Positions 35,056-35,785 of a stretch of 35,785 bases of DNA are shown here, piece after piece. The stretch comes from a virus (Duplodnaviria; Caudoviricetes). The stretch covers positions 1 through 35,785 of IMG/VR virus record IMGVR_UViG_3300020044_007430; one strand, given 5' to 3'. The position numbers and the translations under genes were made by a program. The notes under the pieces were generated by a model. It was not told where the DNA came from and made no database searches. It saw only the letters and a program-made list of their open reading frames with translations. Position 1 is the first letter of the stretch; each line of letters starts with the position of its first letter.

Positions 35056-35368
35056 GGTTTCCTCTTTCTCTTGTTGTTGGTTTCCACCCACTGTGGGATG
35101 GCCTCATCTGAGGTTTGGAATTCCGACTTTCGTCGGAAAAATTCGGGGCTAGTTCACGTACCGGGGGGGTATCTAATGGTCTGATGATCCCCTCCTTCAC
35201 TAGCCAGTTGTATGTGCGAAGAGAGACGATATGGACTGGCATAGGAGGGGGGTTCCTTGCTTCCTCTTCGGCTCGTTCTTTCATGAACCGCAGAGTTTCC
35301 TCCCAATTGATAGTCCCGACCGTCATGTCTACTGGTTTCGTCCAGTAGTTTTTGGGCGAATCATCCAT
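35048..35368 (-). CDS. Hypothetical protein (106 aa)
   Basis: ORF track; overlaps both neighbours. Confidence 0.5.
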   Translation of the reverse strand: MDDSPKNYWTKPVDMTVGTINWEETLRFMKERAEEEARNPPPMPVHIVSLRTYNWLVKEGIIRPLDTPPVRELAPNFSDESRNSKPQMRPSHSGWKPTTRERGNRE

Positions 35369-35785
35369 CGAATGTCCGTTCTAGTATCGACTGCTTCTTT
35401 GAACCAGTCGGGGAACAGTGACTTCCACTTGCCCCACAGGTTGCTGCTGAACTGCTTGTCCAAGATGTAGGTGATGGCCCAGTCTTCCTTGTGCCTGACA
35501 CCTCGACCACACATCTGTACCAAGTCCCTGATGGTCTGCACCGCATACCACACACGACCGGCTTGACCCATGTTGCTACGGGTGCTTACTTGCCTGTCGC
35601 CCAGTGACGGAAATGGAACCTTGGCGATGATCTGAACCCTGCACAGGTCGTCGGGAAGATCAATGCCACGTTCCATCGATGGAGCCAACAGTACACTTCC
35701 AGGCGTTCGTTTGTACCGCTCAAGAGCCGCATTCCGATCACGTCCTTGGTCATACGTGATGACTTCACGACGACCCACCTTGAAT
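35329..35785 (-). CDS. DinG/XPD-family SF2 helicase, C-terminal domain (5' truncated by the window)
   Basis: SMERGIDLPDDLCRVQIIAKVPFP and LVQMCGRGVRHKEDWAITYILD are Helicase_C_2 motifs V and VI. Confidence 0.9.
   Translation of the reverse strand, partial: FKVGRREVITYDQGRDRNAALERYKRTPGSVLLAPSMERGIDLPDDLCRVQIIAKVPFPSLGDRQVSTRSNMGQAGRVWYAVQTIRDLVQMCGRGVRHKEDWAITYILDKQFSSNLWGKWKSLFPDWFKEAVDTRTDIRWMIRPKTTGRNQ

Overview
The window is most of a tailed dsDNA phage genome with a podovirus-type (short-tail) layout and two convergent arms. The + arm (about 86-23410) carries packaging and morphogenesis genes: probable TerS, TerL, portal, scaffold, major capsid, decoration protein, tail nozzle, a Gly-rich fibre/adhesin, adaptor, three probable ejection proteins and two membrane (holin-like) genes. 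The - arm (23412-35785) carries DNA metabolism and accessory genes: a DinG/XPD-type helicase cut by the window end, a possible SSB, an HTH protein, a Cas4/RecB-like exonuclease, a P-loop ATPase, an Amidase_2 endolysin, an ERCC4-HhH nuclease, a degenerate UDG-fold protein and many small Zn-finger or membrane ORFs. I saw no integrase, tRNA, rRNA or CRISPR array. An Actinomycetota host is inferred from the LPXTG protein, TANNNT leaderless promoters and HG..CxCxxC repeats. The most unusual observations are: (1) a phage-encoded mucin-like LPVTG sortase substrate with no signal peptide; (2) a 15-nt exact match that lets the capsid-operon 3' UTR pair with a terminator arm in the opposite genome arm; (3) a [KR]LAP[KR] motif shared by four unrelated proteins, one pair of copies being an exact 23-bp repeat; (4) a Gly-rich domain inserted in a split C1q-like domain; (5) a palindrome wrapped around the -10 of the strongest promoter; (6) near-total CGCG avoidance except in the first 40 nt. 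All family calls are motif recognition by eye, not database searches.
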